A DNA stretch of 62,679 nt, filler included, from a bacterium (lineage in GTDB: Bacteria > JALSQH01), in NCBI GenBank assembly GCA_027004335.1. It is 12 parts of 12 records of this genome, joined end to end, with 100 filler letters (N's around TTAATTAATTAA, not from the genome) between each part and the next. Parts side by side here need not be neighbours in the genome. Positions count along the whole stretch, not along the records: positions 28,340 to 31,450 come from JALTID010000156.1; positions 31,551 to 34,655 come from JALTID010000157.1; positions 34,756 to 37,828 come from JALTID010000158.1; positions 37,929 to 47,024 come from JALTID010000159.1; 8 more parts are not named here. One strand, given 5' to 3'. Numbering within the stretch: the first letter of the stretch is position 1; every line of letters starts with the position of its first letter. The translations under genes and the position numbers were made by a program. The notes under the pieces were generated by a model, which searched no databases, was not told the DNA's origin, and worked only from the letters and a program-made list of their open reading frames with translations. Shown in pieces: positions 29,999-39,780 of the stretch.

Positions 29999-31450
29999 TA
30001 CCTTTAACTGGGACAATTTTATTACCATCATAGTAAGCGCATACTGGAAGATTCGGGAAATCACAGGACAAATGTTACCATGGATAAAAAAAGATTATCT
30101 GGATTATGTTATTGGGGGGGCAGGGATTATCCTTATCTACCTTCTCTACAGAGTATTTCTCAGCGGTAGAAAAACCTTACAGTTTTCTCTTCCGCCTCCA
30201 GGAAAGGTACTCACTCCAAAAGAAAAAAAGAAATACTCACGGATAGCAAATATCCTTGCGGGAAAAGGAGAAGCTCTCAAATCTGCTGAATTATATAGAA
30301 TTGTAGGAGAAATTCCCCGAGCCATAGAAATGTACAAAAGGAGCGGTAAGACAATTATGGCTGCTCAATTAGCAGCAGATCACAATTTTCATGAAACAGC
30401 AGCAAATCTTTTTGAAAACTCTGCACGTTTTCTAGAAGCTGCAGAGGAGTGGGAAAAAGCGGGGAAGCCAGACAGGGCGGCAGAAGATTACATAAAAGAA
30501 AAAAGTTTTATTAAAGCAGGAGAAGTGCTCAGTAGGGCAAAACTCCACGATAAAGCAGGGGATGTTTACGAAAAAGGTGGGTATCTGGATAGGGCAGCAG
30601 GGGAATATATAAAAAGCAAGAACTATAAAAAAGCTGCTGAATTACTTTTAAGACTTTATCTTCAAGAAAAAAAAGCATTGGATATCAATCCAAATGTTTC
30701 AAAACAGGCTACCGATAATTTAAAAAAACTTGCCCTTAAATCTGCAAACTATTTTGAATTGGCGGGAGACTATAATCGTGCGATGGAATTCTATGAAAAA
30801 GGTGGAAACTATTCAAAGGCAGCAGAACTGGCAAGAAGTCAGGACCTATGGGAAAAGGCTGCTGAATATTATCAGCTCGCAGGGTTACCACTTAAAGCAG
30901 CAGAGATATATGAAAGATTGGGGGACAAAAATACCGCTGCAAAAATAAGAGCAGAAGTATACGAGAAAGAGGGAGATGAACTCTCTGCAGCTGAAAATTA
31001 TATTCAGAGTGGGGATATCCTTTCTGCTGCAGAAATATTTAAAAGGCACGGGAAATATGAGAAGGCGGCAAAATTGTATGAGAAAATAGGAGATCATTCC
31101 ATAGCGGCTGATATGTATGCTAATACAGGACAATTCTCAAAAGCTGCAGAAAGCTACGAAAAAAGCGGAGATTTTCTTGCCGCCGCAGATATGTATCAGA
31201 AAGCAAACAATATTACCAAGCTTGTAGAAATGCTGATCAAGGGAAACCAAATATCACAGGCTATCGCAATCGTAGTCAAAAAGGGGGTAATTGATCAAGC
31301 TGCAAAACTCCTGATTAAAATTCCACCAGATTCACCTGAATTTTATGAGGCAATTAACTTAATTCTCAAAGCCTATGTTGAAAGGGGTGAGTGGGGAAAG
31401 ATAAAACAACTACTCCAGAAGTATTCAAAGATCAAAGTCTCAAGAAGTAA
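29988..31450 (+). CDS. Membrane-anchored TPR-like/alpha-solenoid repeat protein (3' end cut)
   Basis: One TM helix near the N-terminus, then many short AA(E/D).Y..AG repeats. Confidence 0.8.
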
Positions 31451-31550
31451 NNNNNNNNNNNNNNNNNNNNNNNNNNNNNNNNNNNNNNNNNNNNTTAATT
31501 AATTAANNNNNNNNNNNNNNNNNNNNNNNNNNNNNNNNNNNNNNNNNNNN
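31451..31550. other. Artificial contig-joining spacer
   Basis: N44-TTAATTAATTAA-N44. Confidence 0.98.
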
Positions 31551-31776
31551 CTCTCTTCCACCACTGCCTTGCCTTTTTATGAAAATGGGGAAGAAAAACA
31601 TGTGAAATTAAAATGGAGTCGTAACCTTCGTCAATGAATTCCTCAATTGCATCAAAGAGTTCCAGTGAGCTAACAAAATAGACTTCATCTCTTTGGACAT
31701 TTCCCCCCCGGAGAAATTCTGCAGCAGTTAAAATACTTAGTGTGTCATTGGTAACAAATAAAGCCTGTTTTAGCAT
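31551..31776 (-). CDS. Hypothetical protein N-terminus (3' end cut)
   Basis: GAGGA RBS before ATG 31776; frame open to the contig edge. Confidence 0.55.
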
Positions 31777-31870
31777 GATTATATCCTCACTTTTTAAGAA
31801 TTGTATATAAAAATTATGAAAGTGTCAAATTTTTAAGCAAAAATTCGGTGCCTTTTAAATATCTTTTCCT

Positions 31871-32053
31871 GCGTCTATCCCCAACGAGGCAATTAACTCA
31901 CCCCTGTTGGGTCCCGATGGAAGTATATATGTTTCTGTTTTAGGAATACTGAGTCTATTAAAACCCCCTTCTAACGGCATGATCTTCTCCTGCGTGAAGT
32001 TTAAAGATGAGGATTTTCAGGGCAGAGTTTTTCAGTTTAAGTTGACGCATTGA
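31871..32053 (+). pseudogene. Orphan fragment of a beta-propeller (PQQ-like) gene
   Basis: Manual translation contains SPLLGPDGSIYV, a typical propeller blade motif; no start codon in front of it. Confidence 0.4.
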
Positions 32054-32184
32054 GAAAAATCCGCTGGCATATATAACATCCAGATATGTTTAAGGTCACT
32101 AAGTGGCTCGGAACACTCACCACAAGCTTTGTGGAGATGAGCAGAAAGCAAGACGAAGTATTGACATATAAAAATTTTTACGCT

Positions 32185-32627
32185 ATGAATAGAGAGGAGA
32201 GGAGGTTTCTCTTTTTATTCTCATTGTTATCTTTTTCTGTTCTTTTTCCCATCCACCGTGGGAAAAAGAACAGCGAGAAATTTTCCCCTATATAAGAAAA
32301 ATGGAAAAATTCCTACCCCAATATATGAATTTTGCTGAAAACAACCCCAATAATTACGAAGCTCAATGGAGGATCGCCGAACTCTGTTTTTTCATGTGGG
32401 AAAACTACATGTTTGCTGGAAACAGGAAAAAAGCCTACAAGGTCTCAAAAATCGGACTCATTTATGCAAGAAGAGCTGTAAGGCTGAATCCCTATGGATA
32501 TGATATAAAAAGTAACCTCATGATAGCTCAGAATTTATTAAAATTACTTTATAAATGTAAAAAACAACACTGTGTGAAAATTCCCATCCTGAAGATCCTC
32601 ATTCATGAATACCTACCTCTGGAATGA
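32185..32627 (+). pseudogene. Internally deleted paralogue of the TPR protein at 718-1545
   Basis: YEAQWRIAELCFFMWENY.F.GN versus YTAQWKVAELCYYLWENY.F.GN; after LNPYG it jumps to the C-terminal L.IA.NLL segment; the signal peptide is in another frame. Confidence 0.8.
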
Positions 32628-32699
32628 ATTACTTCTACAAAGTATAATCGGGAAACTCATAACATAATAAGAGTTAATCCCCAGCAATAAGTTCCTCTT

Positions 32700-32743
32700 A
32701 TGTGATAAAAATCACATCCATTTATAAAGAAATGTGATAAAAT
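32700..32743 (+). promoter_or_regulatory. CRP/FNR-family box plus extended -10 (class II geometry)
   Basis: ATGTGAT-AAAA-ATCACAT palindrome containing TGTGA-N6-TCACA; TG-A-TAAAAT at 32735-32743. Confidence 0.7.
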
Positions 32744-32770
32744 AAAAACAAGTTTAGAAGGGAGGAAAAA

Positions 32771-34655
32771 ATGTCCTTTAAAAAAATAAGCCTTTTTTTT
32801 CTATTTATTTTACTTTTTCTCTTCTCCATGGCCTCCTGCTCATCAAGACTGGATCACAACAACCCTTTTGATCCCAGTACAGATGTCAGGTTCCAGAAAC
32901 CAGCTTCAATAGAAGGTTATGTATCTCTTGAAAACGAAAGTGATTTCTCTGGAGTTATGATCCATCTGGAGAGCAATCTAACTACAAAGGATTCATTCAC
33001 TCAGGGGAAAGATGGTAATTTTTCAATTAAAGGAATCCCGCCAGGTGAATACACTATTACATTCAGTAGAAGATACTATGATCCTGTTTCATTTACCATA
33101 AGATTGAATATTGGAAAGAACTATTCTCTTGGAACAGTTCATCTGAATCTACATAGAATTTCAGTCACTGGAGTAGTAACTCTTGAGGATAACACAGGAA
33201 AATCGCCATTAGGAACAATAATTTTATTAGAAAGAATAGGAAACTTACCATTTAAATCCTCCTCCTACTCTTTCAAAAATTACAGTAGTGAAGACACATC
33301 CTATTCCTTCAGTGGGATTGCTGGCCCTGATGGAAAGTTTACTATAAAAGGAGTTCCTGCAGGCAATTACAATCTGGTAGCTCAGAAGGAAGGTTATGCT
33401 CCCTACATACAGGGGAAAGTTGAAATAGGAAAAAAAGAGGATGAAAAAATTCATGATGTGGGAACTATCCTCCTCAGAAAAGTAACAGGGGATTTTGAGA
33501 TCGTAGGACACCTGGCAGATGGAACCGCTCCAGAGAATCTAAGCAATAAATACACAGCCACAACAGAGGTAACTCTTAACCTGTATGGATTTAACGCAAA
33601 GGATATGAAAATCGGAAACGAGGACTCAGATGGTAACTGTCAATTTGGGGAATGGAAAGAGTACTCAGCAACCAAAAACTGGTACCTCTCATCAGGCGAT
33701 GGAACAAAGACAGTATGCGTGATTTTTAGAGGAGAAGATGGGAAAGAAAGTGAAGTTTTAAAGAGTAGTATTATCCTTGATACAACACCCCCTGTGGTTT
33801 ATCGCTTTGTACCCATAGAGGGAGGATATGCTTCAAAAGCAGGGAATACCTACTACACATCTCAGGCTCAGATCCCCATCGAAGCTATTGTCTCAGATGT
33901 ATCGTCAGGTGTTGAATCTATGGAGATTGTTCAGGACAATGGTACAGGTTCCTGGCAGGACTATATTCCATATTTTTCTCTCACTCTCGCCTCTGAGGGG
34001 TTACACACTGTAAGCTACTGCTTCAGAGATATGGCACATAACAAAGTATGCAGCTCATTATCGGAGAACCTCCTGGTATTCAGGGATACTCAAAAACCCT
34101 CAAATCTCTCTGCAAAAATCAACAATGGGAATTCTTTCACAAACAGCTACCCGGTAAATATAAAAGCTTCAGCCTCAGATAATGGGATTATATCTGAGAT
34201 AATAATAAGTGAAGATCCATCTTTCGCTGGGGCAGAGTGGGAAAATTACAGAAATCCTGTAAGATTCGTCCTTTCTGGTGAAAATGGGCCTAAAAAGGTA
34301 TATGTAAAAGTTAAAGATGCAGCAGGGAATGAAAGCGATGTAGCCAGTGCAGAAATTATTCTTGATACTCAACCCCCAGGAATCTATTCAGTTAATGTTG
34401 ACAATAACTACACAAATACACAGGATATAACTCTACACCTCAAAGTTCAGGATAATATTTCCCCGCCAGAAAAAATAAGGGTTTGTATATATGGCGATAT
34501 CTTTTCCCCATGCAACCCCGGGGACCCATCCAGTTTTGTATCCTATTCAGAAAATAAGTCAGTTACCATTACCTCTGGTGAAGGAGATAAGTTCATCTAT
34601 GCAATTTTTGCCGATGAAGCTGGAAATTATACTCTGCCAGTATCCACCGAGATAA
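32771..34655 (+). CDS. Large surface lipoprotein with carboxypeptidase-regulatory-like and repeated Ig-like domains (3' end cut)
   Basis: GGAGG RBS, lipobox MASC, NPFDP, two DG.F.I.G.P.G.Y modules, repeated LD(T)..P and DAAGN.S motifs. Confidence 0.8.
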
Positions 34656-34755
34656 NNNNNNNNNNNNNNNNNNNNNNNNNNNNNNNNNNNNNNNNNNNNT
34701 TAATTAATTAANNNNNNNNNNNNNNNNNNNNNNNNNNNNNNNNNNNNNNNNNNNN
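34656..34755. other. Artificial contig-joining spacer
   Basis: N44-TTAATTAATTAA-N44. Confidence 0.98.
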
Positions 34756-35266
34756 GTTCTCCTCCGCTGTAATACTGTTCAAAAGATTTGAAGGGTAATC
34801 CAGTAGCAAAGATGAATCCGAAATTCTCATCCTCTTTATCCACTCTTATCCTCAGTAGAGGAACATCTTTTTTATCATAACCACTTTCAAGTTTTTTTAG
34901 AATTTCAAAAGGGTTATCTCTATATCCTAAGTTTCTCGCAACCGTGTTGAAGGTTCCACCTGGCATAAAAATAAAAGGGGGTAATTCATCCATCACTCTC
35001 TGCAGGATATTGATGGTATGATAAAGTGTGCCATCACCGCCAAAAATAGCTATAATTTCAGGTTCATTTTCTGAAATCTCATGAGCCACAACTTTCAATT
35101 CTCCAAGAGAATTAGTAGGATAGCACCGGAAGCCAAATGTTGTTCCTAAAATTCCAATCTTTTTAAAATATTTCTTCTTTACAGCACCGGAGCGGGTGTT
35201 GATTATAACCACTTTTTTACCTTTTTCCAGTCCCATAACGAAGTTTTCTCCGTTTGACTTCATCAA
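34756..35266 (-). CDS. Diacylglycerol/lipid kinase family protein (3' end cut)
   Basis: IIN..SG, GGDGT, PGGTFN.VAR.LG. Confidence 0.88.
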
Positions 35267-35425
35267 GAAAAAATGTATTATACTTCTTAATTTTACAGCA
35301 TAATGAAAAAAAATAAAAAATCAAAGCTGGTCAAAGATAATTTTCCCCATGGTGGAATACGATGATCTCTCGTTAGCATCCATAAAACTGGAATGGCATT
35401 CAACATTTTTAATACAATAAATTTT

Positions 35426-37047
35426 TTACTCTTCAAGAAGTGAATTGAGGGTTGGAGAGGTCACCCCAAGTATTTCCGCTGCTTTTTTCTTAACACCTCC
35501 TGCAAGATTTTCATATACATATCTCGCGTACAACCTCCTTATATCATCAATAGAAGGCAGATTTGAAAGATTAAGCTCCACTGCAAAAGTTTTTCTCTCC
35601 GCAAGTCTTCCCTCACCTCCAACAAGATAACCCCTACCTGCAAATATCTCATCATCTGTCTCAACTTTCCCGTAGGAGAGGTATCGGATGAGAACCCTTC
35701 TCAATTCCCGTGCATTCCCTTCGCTAAAATCCATCTGTAAAAGGTACTTAATCACCTCGGGAGGTAAAATTGTATAGTAGAGGCCCTTGCCATTAAGCTT
35801 AAATTTAAGGCTGCTTCCTACATGATCAGCAATGTATTTCTCAGCAAAACCGCTATTGCTTCTTGTAAACTCATACACAAAGGTATTGATAAGCCTTAAT
35901 CTATCATCCCTGTCCCATTCTCTTAAGGGTGGTAGTTTTACTACAAATGTGGACAAGCGATAGTAAAGATCGCGAAGGAGCTTATTATCCTTTATTGCTT
36001 TTTCAGGGAGAATATTTGATGCAGCAACTACCTTCACATTTTTCACCTTTCTCTCCTCAGGGGAACCAACCTTATAGAATGTTCCAAACTGGATAAATCT
36101 CAACAACTTTGATTGAAGAGTCATTGGCATCTTATCAATTTCATCAAGAAAAAGTATGCCATTCTCTGCCATTTCAACAATGCCCTTTTTATCTGAATCC
36201 GCACCAGTAAAAGCACCTTTCACATACCCAAAAAGTTCACTTTCAAGGAGATTTTCAGGGATTACCGCACAGTTTCTCGCTATAAAAGGACCGGAGGCTC
36301 TGGTTAGAAATTTTCTCAGCGTATAAATGGCGCTGGCAATACATTCCTTGCCCGTTCCAGACTCACCATATATAAAGACTGATTCATTATTCTCAGCAAT
36401 TTTCTCAAGTTTCTCCTTCATCTCCTTTATAACAGGGGTGCTCTTGGCCTGAATCACACAGAATTCTTCCTCCATTGATATTCCCTTAAACTTCGCTTTT
36501 CTCAAATTCTCTTTTACCCTGACATATCTTTTCCTGCACTCTGCCTTTGAATCAGGAAAAAAATCATAAAAAATTCTCTCATCCCTTATAAGGAGATAAT
36601 ATTTCTTTACATTTTTATAATATTTCTGGAAAAAAAGATCCTCATTTACCTTTTTAATCTCTCTGGAAAAAGAGGATCTCCAGAATNNNNNNNNNNCTTT
36701 AGAAAATCAAGTCCAACGATTTCTCTTTTCAGCCAGAAGATCAGGTAATTATTTCTTGACTTAAATGAGTCATCAAGGCGAGAAAACATTTCAAACATCT
36801 CATTTTTATAATCCTCCACCGCATACACCGCTAATTCAGGTGGAAGATTCTTCACAATAACTGCAACCGTATTCTTTGATTCATACATTCTCTCAATACT
36901 TTTTCTGAGAAAAATGGCACTCTGGAATTCCCTTTCCACTTCGGTGAATTTTTTGAGAGCCTTACAATTTAACACAAAAGCAGAGGAGAGGCTCTCCTGA
37001 TCCGCCGTGAAAATGACTTTAACTTTCTTAATATCTTTTAAACTCAT
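35426..37047 (-). CDS. Sigma-54 enhancer-binding protein with unrecognised N-terminal domain (N10 gap at 36687-36696)
   Basis: GESGTGKE, ESELFG..KGAFTGA, FLDEI, RDLYYRL, GN.REL, C-terminal HTH; AAA frame stays open up to the gap; GGAGGTG RBS before ATG 37047. Confidence 0.85.
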
Positions 37048-37063
37048 TTTATCACCTCCGCCA

Positions 37064-37125
37064 TTCAAAATATTTTACTAAAAATTTTTTACATTTCAAA
37101 ATTTTTTGATGAAAAATTTTTAATT
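37064..37125. repeat. Two tandem 31-bp units (24/31 identical by hand count), candidate enhancer/operator
   Basis: TTCAAAATATTTTACTAAAAATTTTTTACAT and TTCAAAATTTTTTGATGAAAAATTTTTAATT, each with two A-tract/T-tract palindromes. Confidence 0.55.
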
Positions 37126-37208
37126 TATAGGCACTCATAGCCAACAGTTTAACACTTATCACATTATAATTAGAAGTATTTTTATACCGAGAATAGTAAA
37201 AAAAGAGA

Positions 37209-37224
37209 TGGCATGTCTATTGCA
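37209..37224 (+). promoter_or_regulatory. Sigma-54 (-24/-12) promoter
   Basis: TGGCAT-GTCTA-TTGCA, exact GG-N10-GC spacing, 22 nt before the MoxR ATG. Confidence 0.85.
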
Positions 37225-37246
37225 ACAATAGGAAAAAGGGGGTCAT

Positions 37247-37828
37247 ATGAAACAGATAATCAGCTATCCCGCAGGTTTTTTAAAAAAACTTCAAATCTAC
37301 GGTTATGAAGAATTCGAGCCATTTATTTTTCTGTCTCTCGTTACCGGATCGCCTGTTTTATTCATAGGCCCACATGGAACAGCTAAGACCCTTTTAGCAA
37401 AAAGAATTGCGGACTTCCTCGGGCTAAAATTCCACGCCTACGATGCATCCAAGGCAATGTTTGAAGATATGGTTGGTTTTCCAGACCCGGAGAAATTAAA
37501 AGAGGGTAAACTCAACTATATAAGAGGAGATATAACTCTCTGGGATAAGGAATTTATACTCATTGATGAAATCAGCAGGGCTTTACCTGGGCTGCAGAAT
37601 ACGTGGCTGGAGATCATAAGATCAAGAAGACTCATGGGGATCCCATTAAAACAAGTTCAATTCATTTTTGCAGCCATGAATCCCCCCACCTACATGGGAG
37701 CAATGCCTTTGGATGAAGCCCTCGCAGACAGATTCGGGTTTATTTTCTATTTTAATAATCCTCATGAAAAGTATCTCAAAGAAATTTTAATGGTAAAAAC
37801 AAAAGAGGATGCTCCACTTTTAAACAAC
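37247..37828 (+). CDS. MoxR/RavA-family AAA+ ATPase (3' end cut)
   Basis: GPHGTAKT, DEISRA, AAMNP, PLDEALADRF. Confidence 0.88.
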
Positions 37829-37928
37829 NNNNNNNNNNNNNNNNNNNNNNNNNNNNNNNNNNNNNNNNNNNNTTAATTAATTAANNNNNNNNNNNNNNNN
37901 NNNNNNNNNNNNNNNNNNNNNNNNNNNN
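37829..37928. other. Artificial contig-joining spacer
   Basis: N44-TTAATTAATTAA-N44. Confidence 0.98.
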
Positions 37929-37980
37929 CAAATAGAAAGCAAAAATATATTATAAACACAACAAATACCAACCTTTTCAC
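37929..37980 (-). CDS. Start of a probable secreted/membrane protein (cut by contig edge)
   Basis: GTG overlaps the ptsI stop (GTGA); reads MKRLVFVVFIIYFCFLF, signal-peptide-like. Confidence 0.5.
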
Positions 37981-38753
37981 CACCAGATAAGTTCTGAATA
38001 TTTTTCCAACATCCTTGCGGTGGGATTGAGGATAACTGTTCCATGAATTCCGTCCACAATGGCGATATCTCCAGTTTCAGAGTGGGGTATAAAATTTTCT
38101 ACTCCTACTACTCCGGCAGTCTCCAGCGATCTCAAGGTAATAGATGTATGGGAATTTTTCCCACCCACTTCAATTATTACCCCTTTTACATTTGACTTAG
38201 TTAGTCTTATCACATCCACAGGAGAGAGATCATGTGCTGCGAATATCTCCGTTGTAAGATTTTCTGTTGCCTCCCTCAATTCGGACTTTTCACCTTTCAG
38301 ATTTTTGATTAATCTTGTTGTGACAAAATAGAGATCCTCTTTCCTTTCTCTTAAGTAAGGATCATTTATTTTTTCAAAAAATTTTTCCATCTCTTTTAAT
38401 ATCTTCTCTATTGCCCACTCGGCGTTTACCTGTTCTTTTTCTATGAGATTCTTAACCTTATCCATCATAGAAGAATCACTTAAAAACATCTTTTTTATTT
38501 CAAGAATTGAATAAACTTCTTTGTGAGTCCCCTCGTCTATGCGGGATAAGATTTCTTCTAACTGACTTCGTGAACTATTTAAAGCGTTCTCAAATCTTTT
38601 TAATTCAAAGGGGATATATTTTTTAAGAATTTGATATCTGGGGATCTCTACTTCTTCTTTTGGAGCAACGGTTACCTTTCCAATTACAATGGCAGGGTAA
38701 ACACCTATTCCACTGAAGATTTGTTCTTTTTTCTTCCGATGCTCTCCATTCAT
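37977..38753 (-). CDS. ptsI: PTS Enzyme I, N-terminal (HPr-binding plus phospho-His) part only
   Basis: YLRERKED, AHDLSP.D, GG.NSHTSI..RSL, VDG..G.VILNP; stop after 258 aa. Confidence 0.85.
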   Translation of the reverse strand: MNGEHRKKKEQIFSGIGVYPAIVIGKVTVAPKEEVEIPRYQILKKYIPFELKRFENALNSSRSQLEEILSRIDEGTHKEVYSILEIKKMFLSDSSMMDKVKNLIEKEQVNAEWAIEKILKEMEKFFEKINDPYLRERKEDLYFVTTRLIKNLKGEKSELREATENLTTEIFAAHDLSPVDVIRLTKSNVKGVIIEVGGKNSHTSITLRSLETAGVVGVENFIPHSETGDIAIVDGIHGTVILNPTARMLEKYSELIWW

Positions 38754-39025
38754 TCCTCTTCACCAAATTTGTTATTTACTAATTTTTCAAGTGCTTCTAT
38801 TGCTCTATCTGCATCAGGCCCTTCTATAATAATCTTTATGATTGAACCTTTCCCCGCTCCCAGAGTCAGGAGTCCCAGAATACTCTTACCATTTGCCTCC
38901 ACATCATCTTTTATGACCATCACTTCACTTTGAAATTTCTCTGCTGTTTTTACAAAATTCGCTGCTGCTCTCGCGTGAAAGCCAAGTTTGTTCTGTACAG
39001 TAATCTTTTTCTCAACCTTTTTCAT
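38750..39025 (-). CDS. ptsH: Phosphocarrier protein HPr
   Basis: GFHARAAA (His15) and NGKSILGLLTL (Ser46); ATGA overlap gives start 39025. Confidence 0.96.
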   Translation of the reverse strand: MKKVEKKITVQNKLGFHARAAANFVKTAEKFQSEVMVIKDDVEANGKSILGLLTLGAGKGSIIKIIIEGPDADRAIEALEKLVNNKFGEEE

Positions 39026-39780
39026 CTTTTGAGGATCACCGGCCATAGCTTTACTCCAAGTATTAGTATAACGAAATAGGTCAAAGTTACCAAATCAGAT
39101 GGAAGTATGGCTAATAGAAATGCTATAACAATCCCTGCTCCTATTCCTGCAAAACTGAAGATGGCTGACTCATAGCTGATAAACAATAGATATGTGAAAA
39201 CTGCTGATGCAAGGATAGTGTCAATCAAGATGATCGTGTATGCTATCCGGTAAGGATTTCTTGCAGCAATTTTATCAATGATATGATCGCCATATTTGTA
39301 CCCCAGCGTTATTCCCCGGATTTTTAAAAAGAACAGGAAAGAGTCGTAAATTAGTAGATATACAACCAATCCCACAACTGGTTTGGATATAAGAGCTGCA
39401 AATATTCCACAAAAAGCTGCAAGGGGTCTTATCCCTCCCCAACTGAAAGTGTCACCTATTGCCCCAAGGGTACTCATCATCCTGATTTTGAAATTACTGA
39501 TCCTCTCTTCTCCTATTTCACCTTTTGCAAGTTTTTCCTCCATATTTATAAGGACTCCTGCCAGTATGGGGAAAAAGATAGGGTTTGTATTGAAATATTC
39601 TTCGTAGAATTTCATTCTCTTTTTCCTGTCCTTTTCATCGGGGTATAGTTTTTCAAGAAGAGGAACCAGGGCGTAAAGAAGGCCGAGGTTCTGCAATCTC
39701 TCAAAATTCCACCATGCCTGCAGGAAAAAACTTCTCCAGATAATTTTCGTAAAAATTTTTATTCTTTCTATCCTATCCAT
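39022..39780 (-). CDS. Mannose/fructose/sorbose-class PTS EIID
   Basis: RSFFLQ..WNFER.Q.LG, YFNT.P, LGAIGD.F.W...RP. Confidence 0.92.
   Translation of the reverse strand: MDRIERIKIFTKIIWRSFFLQAWWNFERLQNLGLLYALVPLLEKLYPDEKDRKKRMKFYEEYFNTNPIFFPILAGVLINMEEKLAKGEIGEERISNFKIRMMSTLGAIGDTFSWGGIRPLAAFCGIFAALISKPVVGLVVYLLIYDSFLFFLKIRGITLGYKYGDHIIDKIAARNPYRIAYTIILIDTILASAVFTYLLFISYESAIFSFAGIGAGIVIAFLLAILPSDLVTLTYFVILILGVKLWPVILKR

Noticed and set aside
32116-32141. Hairpin CCACAA-GCT-TTGTGG as an IS200/IS605 end
   Set aside because: Only a 6-bp stem, single copy, and no tnpA/tnpB nearby
35394-35410. Possible second sigma-54 promoter (TGGCATTC)
   Set aside because: No GC at the -12 position and no gene downstream on that strand
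36646-37068. Separate 140-aa gene upstream of the sigma-54 activator
   Set aside because: Its stop arises from the arbitrary N10 gap length; the AAA frame is open up to the gap, so one gene is more likely
37829-38753. MoxR and PTS genes as one locus
   Set aside because: They are separated by a contig spacer
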